64,000 bases of DNA. Origin: Prorocentrum cordatum (taxonomy: Eukaryota). Of this stretch, positions 50,669 through 62,230 are shown piece after piece. Under the pieces are notes generated by a model that saw only the letters and a list, made by a program, of their open reading frames with translations, was not told the origin of the DNA and did not search any database. The translations under genes and the position numbers were made by a program. Position 1 is the first letter of the stretch, and each line of letters starts with the position of its first letter. The stretch lies in contig CAUYUJ010000002.1 of the NCBI GenBank assembly GCA_963575745.1, positions 2,046,001-2,110,000 on the forward strand, in the 5' to 3' direction.

Positions 50669-50751
<83 letters not shown>

Positions 50752-51602
50752 TATCCCTGTTCCCGTTCCTCCACCTGCCTGGGCCTGCCGCCGTCGCAGC
50801 CGCCGTCGGCGTCGTCGCGTTGGACCTCGTCTTCGACCTTGTCGTCGTCGCTGGGGGGCGAGTGAGGAGGCGGGGTGGTGGAGGATGGAGGGTGGAAGGG
50901 GAGTCGGGGGCGGCCTAGAGAGGGCTGATGAATAGGAGGGCTGGATATCATGGCAAGGGGCCATGATATCGCCGCGGATGTTGTGGTCCCCTCTTCTTCT
51001 CTCAACACGTCTCTTGGTCACCCCCTCGTCCGCGCACGCACATGCCTCGGGCCATGAGTTGCGAACCCCTCGCTTGGACGCCCCTGGCGTCGACGCCAGC
51101 GTCGGCATCGGCGTCGTCGCCATCGCCGTGAGACGAAGTGGGGGGGGGGGGGTCCTGCTTGGAACGCGCCCGAAAATGGGTCTGGCGGTCGAGTGGCGAA
51201 GCGAGTCTACGAGTTGTCCTAGTCCTGGGGAGTAGACTACATAATGAAAACAGTCCTGGCGATGGGTCGAGACCCTTGGGGGCCCACGTTTGAAAACCTT
51301 ACGCCAGCGATCTGAAAGGAAATGGGGATAGCAGGAGAGGAGGACGAAGAGGGGGGAAAGGGATCGGACCGACGACTTGAGCTCGACGTCCTCACCTGTG
51401 GACCCACAAGCTGCCACCGCGGGCCGAAAAGGTGTGCGAAAGGCTTACGTTTCTCCACTCCCCGTGTGTTGCCTCCCGTCAACGAACACCCGACCGAGGC
51501 GGGGGCACCAGAAGGAGAAGTCATGTGTGATCTCGCGGGTTCATCCCACCGAGATCATGGCCACCACCTCCACCACCCGTGGTCATTGCCTTCACGGGTC
51601 TC

Positions 51603-51624
51603 ACTGTAGCCTCTTCGGCTCAAG
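51603..51624 (+). other. Degenerate (relic) DinoSL upstream of the CobW-family gene
   Basis: ACTGTAGCCTCTTCGGCTCAAG, 18/22 match, ending 41 nt before the ATG at 51666. Confidence 0.7.
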
Positions 51625-51665
51625 CTTAGCGTGACTCGGAGCCCAAACGGTGCCAAATCCTGGTT

Positions 51666-54600
51666 ATGGCTGAGGACCACGAACGGGGCCTCCCCCATGG
51701 GCCCAGCGCTAGAGACGACCCGTCGGCCTGCCCAAGAAAGGCGTTGCCGGTGACCTTGCTGACGGGTTTCCTGGGGGCGGGAAAGACGACCCGACTCAAC
51801 GCCACTTTGACGTTTGGTAAGGAAAAAATCGCTGTCATCGAGAACGAGATCGGCGCCCTCGGTGTCGATGGAGAGCTCGTCGCCAACAGGCACGAGGACG
51901 GGATCATCGAACTCACCAACGGTTGTTTGTGCTGCTCCGCCGAGGTGGACTTGGTCTCCGCGCTCGAGTCGCTTGCGCATCGGCGCCACGACTTACCATT
52001 CGACCGCGTGGTGATCGAGACCACAGGGCTCGCGGACGTGGCCCCAGTGGTAGAGCTGATCGGCGACCCCGCCGACCCACTGGCCGCAGACTTCTTCCTT
52101 GACGGCGTCGTGACCGTAGTGGACGCGGCCAGTTTCCGGCGGTGGGCCAGTGCCGACTGTTCCGTTGCGGGCTCGGCCGAAGCGGAGGAGCTGCTGGCCA
52201 GCCCCGTCGCCACTTGGGCCAGCGGCTTCGGGGCCCCAGGTGGCGTGGCCCTCGGGGCGACCACAGGGGGGCTGGGGCGCCGGGCTGCCATGGCCGCGTT
52301 CTGGAAGCAGGTCGCCCTCGCGGACCAGATCATCCTAAGCAAGGTTGCAGGGCACCAATCAGACTCAAGTCGGGGCCTGTTCCTCTACAGGAGGGCGATT
52401 TCTCATTTTTCTTCCAAAATCCGCGTGTAGGACGACATGCCCGGCCTAAAAGCAAACACCTACACCGATCCTGGCCAGGCCGACCCTGGGCCCAGCGTCG
52501 GTGTACGTGCTTCTGTGCCCAAGCCAAGAGAGCGTATGCACCGATCATGGGCCCAGGATGGGCCTGGAAAGGATCGGTGTAGGCCCAGACACGATCGCGT
52601 CGCTAAAGAATCAGGACGGGAGGTTTTTGGCCATTTCCGGCCTCGGGAGGGCCCTCGCAGGGCCTCAGGACCGTCAGAAAGACGATTCAGGATGGAAAAC
52701 CGGTCCCGGGGAAAGGGTCGGGACTTCCAGGGACCCTGGAGTTGAAGAATCCATGACGTCGCATGTCTGCGGGGTGTATAGTCCCTCGCATCCGACGTTG
52801 CCAAACAGAATGCAACCTCGCAAACATTCACGGCCGGAGCCCTGGACCCTGTCTGCGTCATTTATCGAGCCGGATCGGCTTGTGAGGGCCCGAGGGTCCG
52901 AAACCGGGCGAAACCGCCCGGTGTGACATTTTTGTCGAGCCAGATCGATCTGTGAGGGCCCCGTGGCCCGAAACCAGGCGAGAGCGCCCAGTGTGAAAAA
53001 GTCGCAGCGCCAAGATCTGAGGGGTTGGTGCCTTCGCACGAGTAAGAGAGACAATGATCGTGTCGGGAGGATGGGGCTGGGAGAACCGGTCACGTCGTCC
53101 ATATGACCGCGTACCTGTTGAATCTGCTGTTCAATACGGTCGTACCCTGTACAGTCCCAGCCCCTTCCTTCCCAACACGACAGTTGTGTTTCTTCTTTAT
53201 CGGCGAGGGGGACGTGGCCGGGGAGGAGGCCGTCGAGGACGCGCGGCGCGCCCTCCGCGAGGCGAACCCGCTGGCGCAGCTGCTCGCCGACGGCACCGGC
53301 TCGGGGCCGCTGCCGCCCCCGCGCGCCAGCTTCGCGCGGCGCGCACCTGGGGGGCGGCGCGAGACGGGCGGCCTGGTGGCTGGCGTCTCAGGAGGCAGGG
53401 GCCTCCTTGGAGCAGGAGATCGACTGCAGCACGGATGCACCCCAAAAGTCCTCCTCCTCCTCCTCCCCCTCTCCACCCCTCCTCCTCCCCCTCCTCCTCC
53501 TGCGCCTTCTCCTCCTCCTCCTCATCATCATCCTCCCCCCCCTCCTCCTGCTATGTCCTCCGCGCCTCCGCGTGGAGGAGTTCGTGCCTCTCGTCGAGCC
53601 TGCAAACAAGTACGAGCAAGACTCGCAGACCTGTGCGCCTTCGACGTGTTTGGTTGTAGTCTCGACGCAGAAGCACTGTTGGGGCAAATCAATGATGCAG
53701 TCGATCTCCTGGGCCCATCCCGGCCTCCAAGTAGGCTTCTTAGAATCCTCCAGGGGCCTCCCGAGAGAGAGCCCTCGCCTACTGACAAGCCCCGCGGCCC
53801 TCTCGGAAGGCCGCCCCCGTCCAGGGCCCAGGTCGCTCCGCTCCATCCGACTCGTGGTCGATTCGGGCCGGCCCGATGCGACTCGATTCCGACATGTGAA
53901 CGTTTTTGTATTCATTGTTTTGCCAATCGGCGCGGGCCCTCGCACCCCCACTCATGGAGTAGATTTTGGCTGTTTATGGCGCCTGTTTCGAGCAGGTGGA
54001 GTCTCCCCCACCGGGCGCACTGCTGCAAACGGTCGCACTAAGGAGAGGTCTGGAGCCAGACCCCCCCTCCCCCTCCTTTCCGCCATATGTCGAAATGCAG
54101 AATAAGAAAACGCTCACTATTCCGACGATCCGACGCGGCCCGATGCTTGCACGGTATTGTTCCCTGAGACCTTGCCGACTTAATTTTATCGAGCCAGGCG
54201 GTTTCGCCCGGTTTCGGGCCCTGCGACCCTCACAGCTCGATCCGGCTCGAAACATGGCGCAGAACGATGGGGTTTGGGGCACCAGTCGTGATTTCCTAAC
54301 TACTGCGTCTCAATACTTGTCGAGACGTCGCGTCACAGGGTTGTGCATCATGGCGCAGCCGGCTCGATGCGAGTTCGATTCCGTACCGAGGCAGCCCGAT
54401 CCGATGCGCATGTCGATTCGCTCCGACTTGCCGAGAGGAGGAGGAGGAGGAGGAGGAGGAGGAGGAGGAGGAGGAGGAGGAGGAGGAGGAGGACGACGAC
54501 GACGAGAACGAGGACGAGGAGGTCGATTCGCTCCGACTTGCCCATGCGGCGCTGACTGCTCGGGCGACCTCGCGCCACCGCCTCTCGTGGGCACCGCCGG

Positions 54601-55371
54601 CCAGCAGCGGAGAGGAGCCGCAGGCGTTGGCGGCACTCTCCGCGAGGCCCTGCGGGCGAGGCCGGCGCGCGCCGTCGAAGGTGAACTTCTGCGGGGCCTC
54701 CCAGAAGCGCCGCCGCGGCCCAGACCACCTCGCCGGCGTCGACGCCCTGACGCTGCGGCTGCCGCTGGACTGCTTGCTGCGCGCCGGCGCCCTGGTGGCA
54801 TGGGCGCAGGCCCTCCTCGCGGGCCGCGGCGAAGACTCGAGGAACAAAGAACGGCCCAGGCATAAAGTTTGGGAGCACCGCGCGGAGCTCTCGGATCGGC
54901 CCTGGGCCCCCCTGGCGGCAAGACTGGCACCGCCCTTGGCGCGCTCTGCGCGCCAGAGAGGGCGGGCGCGCCAGGGACGCGCCAGGCGCGCGCCAGGGGC
55001 GGCGTCAGGGGCGGCGACAGAGGGGCCGAGCGCCGATCCGAGAGATGCGCGCGGAGCTATGAAAGTTTACGCATGTGCAGTTTTCTCTTCCTCGGGAAGA
55101 CGCGGAGGAGGCCCACGAGGGCCTCGGTGAGGCGTGGCGGGTGAAGGGGCTGGTCGCGGTGGAGGGCATGGGCCCCGCGCTGCTGCAGTGCGTCGGCCAG
55201 CAGGTCGCATTGGAGCCGTGGCCACGAGGTTTCGAGGCGCCCTTCGTCGTCGTCATCGGCGAGCAGCTGTGCCAGGAGCGCATCGAGGCGGCCCTGGCCG
55301 CCTGTGGCACGTGCGCAGGCCAGCCAGCTCTGCAGAAGCCGCCCATGGACGTGGACACCAGATCGGCTTGA
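51666..55371 (+). CDS. cobW: COG0523/CobW-family (G3E P-loop GTPase) metallochaperone, about 4 exons
   Basis: Exon 1 (51666-52343) has TGFLGAGKTT, ENEIG, GCLCC (CxCC), IETTGLAD, VTVVDA and QVALADQIILSK. A GT-AG intron leads to exon 2 at 53208 (GDV..ALREANPLA; gives SKGD for NKxD). Exon 3 spans about 54615-54809 (HLAGVDALTL..LVAWAQ). Exon 4 (55120-55371: WRVKGLV..LQCVG..VVVIGEQL) fits CobW_C. The symbol is family-level only; the exon 2 end and exon 3 start are uncertain. Confidence 0.9.
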
Positions 55372-56658
55372 GCAAGGAGGAGGAGGAGGAGGAGGAGGAG
55401 GAGGAGGAGGAGGAGGAGGAGGAGGAGGAGGAGGAGGAGGAGGACGAGGAGGACGAGGAGGACGAGGAGGAGGAGGACGAGGAGGACGAGGAGGACGAGG
55501 AGGACGGAGGAGGAGGAGGACGAGGAGGACGAGGAGGACGAGGAAGAAGAGAAGCAGAGGAACCCTGGGAAGCGATCAGCAGACCCCCGCCCCCCCCTTC
55601 ACCCGAGGAAATTGCAGCGCTCTGGCCCCAGGGCCGGGGCGGAAGCGACATTTCCCGCAGAGGCCCGCGAACCAAGATCCTCTGGGGGGGCAGGAGGAGC
55701 AGAAGGAGTGCTCCGACGACGGGCTTCCTATGGGTCCCGTCGACTACACGTAAGAGTGACCCTTCGTCAGAGTGACCTTTGGTGCGGGCTCACCGATTCC
55801 CCCTGATGACCGAGCGCGATTCCGTAGTCGCGTCTCGCGCGTTCGTGTTTGGACCCCCCGTGGCCCCCCAAAAGCCGCGCACCAAATGTCCTCTCTTACC
55901 CAGGGTCACTCTTGCGCGCAGCCGATCCCAGGAGATTTCCTCGCCGGGCGCTCAGCGCTGGGAATCCCGTCCCAAGTCCGTTCGTAATGAGTCCCTGCAG
56001 GCCCCTTTGATAGACGAGCGCCCCATGGGCCCGCCATTCAGGCGGGAGCTCCGTATTGAAGGAACCCGCCCTCCATCTTTCAAGCTGTTCGGAATGCGGC
56101 ATGGGGGGGCTTTCAAATGTCGGGGAGTGCCCAGCGACAACGCCGCTTCGAAAAGGATCCTCCATGCATCCGAGTAGTTGTTGCGAGTGTGTGACCCCTG
56201 GCGATGAAATCTTACGAAGTGTCCAGCAAGAGCTCCCTTTCGAAATGGAACCGCCCTCCATCCGTGCAAGTGGTGCAGCGTTTTCCATGTATTGCAATAT
56301 TTGTCCGGGAAGTACATGGTGAGAACCTCGGCCATTTGCCCCAGATACTCTTTGAAGGGGGGGCGTCTAGAGTCTAGAGTCCAGACTAAGGGTTCGGGGA
56401 TATCATGGCCGGGGCCGTGATATCTCCCCGGATTACACCGCACCATCAAATTACCATTGTCGATCGTATTGTTTTCATTCAGATTAGATTGATAGTATGT
56501 TTAATCGTATGTTTGTCAGTGTTGTTGTTTTTCTTATTTGCTATGTTTATCGAGTACGCCGGCGGCGCATCACCGGCCGCTCCTTGGGAGTTTGTTGAAG
56601 TGGTGCGCAGCATCGAAAGTCGTGACGCAGCGCGCATGCCAGCTATGAAAAAGACGTC

Positions 56659-57592
56659 GGCCCATCCCGACACCGTGCTTGGGTTTTGGGACGGAGCCCT
56701 CATGGACGCTTCCTGGGGTCTCTCGAGAGGGCTCTCGGGGGCCTCTGCGGGGCAGTTTGGAAGCCTCCGGGGGGGTTCTTCGGGGCCTTTTGGGGCCCTC
56801 TTGGGGGCTCTTGAGGGCTTCTTGGGGCCTCTTGGGAGCCTCCTGGGGGCCTCTTAGGTCCTCCTGGGGGCCTCTTGGGACCGAAAGCTCGAAATGTCCG
56901 TTCGGGTTCCCCGTCTGGGCCCCCTCTTGGGGCCGTCCTGGGGCCCTCTTGGACCGCCCCGGGAGCCTCTTGAGCAGTCTCGGGGCCCTCCTGGGCCGTC
57001 TTGGAGCCCCCTCAGGGGCCTCTTGGGCCGTCTTGGGGCGATTTTGGGGGCCTCTTGGGCCGTTGTGGACTGTCGGAAAGCCAAAATGGCGAGAACGCCA
57101 GAATCTTTTTTTAGAAGAATGGAAGAACAAATGAATTTTGCTTCTTGGGACCCTCTTGGGGGTGCTCTTGGAGGCCTCTTGGGGCGTCTCGGAAGCATTT
57201 TGGGCCGTCTGGGGGCTATCTTGGGCGTCTTGGAGCGATCTGGAACCGTCTGGAGGCTCTCTTGGACCGTCCTGGGGCTCTTGGACCGTCTTGGAACGCT
57301 TTTGGGTCGTCCCCGGGCCGTTCCAAACGTTCAGGGGGGTGAGGGCGGGGGGGGCCGGCGGCAGAGTGGGCCCCTTCGGGGAAACTTCCAGGAGGTTTTT
57401 GACCAGGCACTGGCGAAGGAGGCCAAAGACTATGCCAAACACTCTGTCAGAGAGGTCTCGCACGGCCCACGCCCTCTGCCGCCGGCCCCCCCCATTACTA
57501 GTGCGGGCGGCTGCGCGGGGGTCTCTTTGGGGCCTCGTGGGGGTCTCCTTGGGGCCTCTTGGGGGCCTCTCTTCGTGAGGCCTTGGGGGTCT
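56659..57592. mobile_element. GGGGCCTCTT-rich element, copy 3 (diverged)
   Basis: Same low-complexity motif and internal block (57067-57152, similar to 9047-9130 and 38764-38848). Confidence 0.65.
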
Positions 57593-58035
57593 CCCGTGGC
57601 CACTTTGGCTTAAGATGTTTTCGCCCCGTGGCAGAACACGGGGGCCTTGGTCCGGGCCAGACCCTTTGTGGGTTCGTATCGGCGCGTGGGGCGTACCGAT
57701 GGCGGGCTGTAAGGGAGCGTGGCAGATCAAGGGGCCAAAGCTCGTTTTCGAGGGCGGCCAGAGCGGTGCAGCGACTTCGGCATGGCCACAACCAGGTGCC
57801 GTGTCGAATGCAGGCAAGAAGGAGTCTGACTGGACTTGCTGCATTTGCGGTGCAGGCAGCAACTGGGCATTAAGGGTGTCTTGTCGCAAGCGTGGTGCTG
57901 CTAGGCCAGTTGGGACAATGCGCGGGTGCGGCAAGGGACAGGACCAGGCCAACTCGAAGCTGGAGGCTGCCCTTGCCGCCCTGCAAGCCCAGTTCAAGCT
58001 GCGCGCGGCCGAGAACAACAAGCGTAAGCATGAAA
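57593..58035 (+). pseudogene. Relic DinoSL followed by a truncated RanBP2-like zinc-finger ORF
   Basis: CCCGTGGCCACTTTGGCTTAAG (57593-57614, 18/22 match). Then WTCCICGAGSNWALRVSCRKR (57831-57893, last Cys replaced by CGT) and a short coiled coil, cut off by a (GGTTC)n-rich segment at about 58035. Confidence 0.55.
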
Positions 58036-58864
58036 GCCGCGGTTCGGTCCGGTTCGGTTCGATGTACGACTGGTTCGGTTCGACCGGTTCCGGCTCGCGT
58101 CGCAAACCGGTCCGCGTGTTGGTCTGCGCCGCAGCCAATTGTTCAGGAGAGAATATCTCACCCCCCACCCAAGAAACCCCTTGGGTGGGGGGCCCAGGGC
58201 CCGATGGCTCCAAAAATCCAGAACGCCGTTAGAATAAACGCGCGAGGCAGCGCCCCGCGTCATTGTAGGTCCGTGCGCCTTGCGGCGCGCGGGTTACTAG
58301 GAAGGGGTATTCATGGGGTGTGTGGGTCGAGTAGGAAGAGACATTCATTGGGGGGGGTCTGGCGGCCGCGTCGCAGGAATGACAGGTAGGGCGGCGCACG
58401 TGTAACGGGGGGGGGCGGGTAGACGGGCGGAGGAGAAACCATGGTGATGAGAGGAGGGGGCGCGCCTGATACTGAAAAGGGAAAGGAGGAGGACAATTCA
58501 GCGAGGAGTAGAGTGTGTGGCCTCCCTCTCTTCTCCCTCCTTCTTCCCCCGCTCCCTCGCACTCGGCGTCGTCGTCGTCGTCGTCGCCGTCCGTCGTCGC
58601 CCGTCGTCAACGTCGCCGTCGCCATCGCCATCGCCATCGCCCGTTGTCCGTCGTCCGTCGTCCGTCGTCCGTCGTGCGTCGCGCGTCGTTCGCCATCGGT
58701 CGTCCGTCGTCTGTCGTCCTCCGTCGTCCGTTGTCCGTCGCCCCCGTCGTCCTGGCCACCGTCGCCGTCGCCGTCGTCCTCGTCGTCGTCGTCGCAGGCG
58801 TTTGGCCAGCGACCGAGCGAGGCCCTCGGCCCCCGCCGTCGCCCTCGTCGCCCTTGCCGCGGCC

Positions 58865-60603
58865 ATGGCCGTTTCGGTCGCGGCCGCTCTCGCCGCCGGC
58901 CCCGCGCCCGAGGGCGCCTCGGCGCCCGCGGCGCAGACGCCGCCGTCGGCGCCGCCCCCGCCCTCTGGGGCAGGCGCGTCGCTGGCCGCGGGGGCCAGCA
59001 GCTCCGCCGCGGGGTCGGCCGCCGACGCGCCCGCCGCCAAGAAGCGCAAGGTCGTCGTCGACCCCGACCTGCGCCTCTTGTCGCAGATGCTCGTCGACAA
59101 GGCTTCGCCTTCTTACTCTTCCTTCTTATCTCCCCCATCCCTCGTCCGTCCTGCCTTCATCCCATCCCTCTTCTCCACTTGCTCCTCCTTCTTACCCTCC
59201 TCCCTCTTCCTTCTTACCCATCCTCCCTCTCCTTGGTCATCACTCCGCTTGCTATTCCTTCTTACCTTTCTCTCCCTCTTCTTCCTTCATCCCGCATCCC
59301 CCGCTCCTCATAACCCCAGCCCGCACCTTGCTCCGTCGCCGCGTCACCCCCCCTCCGCCGCTGCCCGCAGGCGGAGCCCCCGCGCGGCACCGCGGCCGAG
59401 GTCAAGTTCAAGCACCTTGAGAAGATCAAAGGCGTGTGCCTGGTCTTGCTCAAGGACCCGATGGGTCATGGCAGTCGGCGTAGGATTAGGAGTAGGGGTA
59501 GGAGTAGGGGAATGATGATGGATGATTGAGGGCGGGGTGTGGGGTAGGGGCAGGGGTAGGAATCGGAGTAGGCTCAGGATCCATATGCCTTGGGACGTTA
59601 GCCCATGCGGTCGATGTGGAATGGGGTCGGAGTGAGAGTAGGAGTAGGAGCGGGAGTAGGGCCATGAGAAAGAGCAGGAGGAGGAGTATGCTTAGGAGTA
59701 TGAGTGGGATCAGGGGTATAGCATGGGCTGTTGTGCCCAGGGCTCGTGGCCTCATTCTCGCATCCTCCGCGATCGCCTCGCCACCTCCGTCGTCGTCGTC
59801 GTCGTCGCGTCGCCGCGCCCGCCCCGCATCGCGCGGCGCTGCAGGACACGGCGAAGACCGCGCACATCGAGGTCGAAGCGTCCAGGCCGCTGTCGGAGAT
59901 CACCCAGACCCCGATCAAGCGCGGGGCGAAGAAGGCGGAGCTCGAGGCAGAGCAGTTGAACAGGTCGCCCACCTTCGACGCCACGAAGGTCAAGCACATC
60001 AAGGATATCCCCGCGGCGTGGATGCTGCAGTGCATGAAGAACTGCAAGGGTGCTGGCGACGTGCCGCTCGCCGTGGTCACCCTCATTACTGGCAGGTCGG
60101 GCGTCGCTTTGAAGCTCATCGTGCACTACCTTTCTGGTCACTCGCTGCCGCCCTCCCCCCTCTCCCCCCCCACCTCCTGCTCGCTCCCCTGCCCCTCCTC
60201 CCGTCTCCTGCCCGCTCCCATCCCCCCGCGCCTCACGATTATGAGCCTCCGCCTCACCTCTCATTTTGTCACCTTCCCCCTTCGCCCCGCATTCGCCCCG
60301 AGGGAGAGGAGGGGCGGGGCGGGGCATGAGGGCGAGGGCCATGAGGATGCAAGAGCACGGAAGATGATGACGCGGGTGACGATGAAGATAAGGTGTGAGG
60401 ACATGGGGGGGGGTGGATGGGGATGAGGGGGGAGGAAGGCGCGTCGCGGCCTTCGTCGCCGACGTCGCCGTCGTCGCCGTCGCCCTGTTCGAGCCCCCAC
60501 CCCCTCCTCCAATGGCCCCCCCCCCCTCCCGAGGGGGCGCGGGGGGGGGGCTGGAGGAGTGGGCAATGTTTGATCTTAACGACGGCGTCGGCGACGACGA
60601 CGA

Positions 60604-60634
<31 letters not shown>

Positions 60635-60639
60635 CGCGG

Positions 60640-60686
<47 letters not shown>

Positions 60687-62230
60687 ACGACGACTGCGAC
60701 GACCGCGACGCCGCTGACGACGACTGCGGCGGCGGCGATTGCGACGACGGCCGCGAGCCAGGTCTTGACCCCATGTTCCAGATTGGAGGGGGCATGCTCG
60801 TGAAGGACAACTTCGCGCGCTTCTTCACCCAGATGGTGAATGAGCGGAACCTCCTCGCCGTCGCAGGTGGCTTTTTCCAGGAGATCATGGTTGACGGTCA
60901 GCCGAAGTTCGTCCACCCCCACTGCATCTTCTCGGTGGTCAGGGGCAAGGAGAGCTCTGCGGACGACGAGGACGACGAGGAGGAGGCGCACCGCTAGCAT
61001 CGGCCGCCGCTTTCTCGTCGGGGTGCGGAGGAGAGCGGAACGGGGAGTGGATGAGGAGCGGGAGGGTCGAGTGGCATGGGCATGGGAGGTTGGGAAGGAT
61101 AGGGGGGTGGAGCGGATGGCGAGGGTGAGCGGGGGGGCCGAGCAGGTCGGGGTGTCATTGTTTCGCTCGAGGGTGATTCCCTCCCGCCGCTCACCTCGCC
61201 ACTCTCCCGCCCTGCTCCTCATTTCCCATTTTCCGCCCACCCACTCCCCATCCACTCCGTATCTCTACCCTCCCATTCCCCGTCCATTCCCACTCCCTGT
61301 TCTCCCGCTTCCCGCCCGCTCCGACTCCTACTCTCTACTCTCCCCCTCCTTCTCCCACTCCTCTCCGCTCCCCCCCTTCCCGCCCCTGCCCTATGCGCCC
61401 CCGCTCGCCGTCCACCCCCGACCCCTCCCCCCCTGCCCCTTCCCCCCCCACCTCCATCCCGCCCCGCTCCGCATCTATGCCGCGCCGCAGCCCGACGTCA
61501 TCAAGAACAACGTGACGCGCGAGAGCTACGCGCTGCAGGAGAGGTTCCCTGCAGGCGCCCTGCCTCTTGTTGTTTGCGAGGATGTGGAGATAGGAGGGCA
61601 GCGCTGGCGATGAGGGCATGGCGCCCGGGTCGGCGAGAAGGGCGGGGGATGAGGGCGCGCGGGGGAGGAAGGTTGCATGAGCGATGCTGAGGGGTGGGCG
61701 CTCGGGACGGAAGGGTGGGGAGGGGGGTTCGTGAGCGAAGATGCGCGGATGAGAGGAGCGTGGATGGGGGGTGGGAGGGCGGGCGGCGAGACGGGCAAGG
61801 GGCGCGGGCGATGGTGGCGAGGCGGCAGGGGTTGGGGAGGAGGGGTAGGAGAGCACCGATGGCGAGGGCGAGGGGGGCGTAGGGGAGTGCGCGGAGGAGT
61901 CGGGGTTATGCATCTGCGCCCCCCACGCTTGCGTTCGGCCCAGCCCGCCGAGGCAAAGAGATCATGGACAACTATTCGGTGGCCAGCGCGCGCGTCACGA
62001 TCATGAACCACAAGGTCTTCATCACGACGCTCATCGCGAAGAGGAAGGAGGCGAAGGGAGCGAAGGTCATGAACCAGCAGAAGGCGGTTGACTTTGTGAA
62101 GGCGCTGGAGCAGAAGAAGCAGGAGGCCGTCGTCACCGTGAGCTCAGAGATGGTGATGGCCGCGCGCCGCAAGCGCGTCAAGGGCGCGGCGGGGGGCCTT
62201 TCTGCCCCGTCGACGTTGGGCCCCTCGTGA
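58865..62230 (+). CDS. Six-exon gene, protein of unknown function
   Basis: Exons 58865-59101, 59371-59454, 59845-60136, 60762-60985, 61491-61554 and 61953-62230 join in frame (phases 0,0,1,0,1; donors GC, GA, GT, GC, GC). Codons are strongly GC3-biased against low-complexity introns. Contains an NLS-like AKKRKV. Confidence 0.7.

Noticed and set aside
55952..56449. Minus-strand 165-aa ORF
   Set aside because: No recognisable domain or splice structure.
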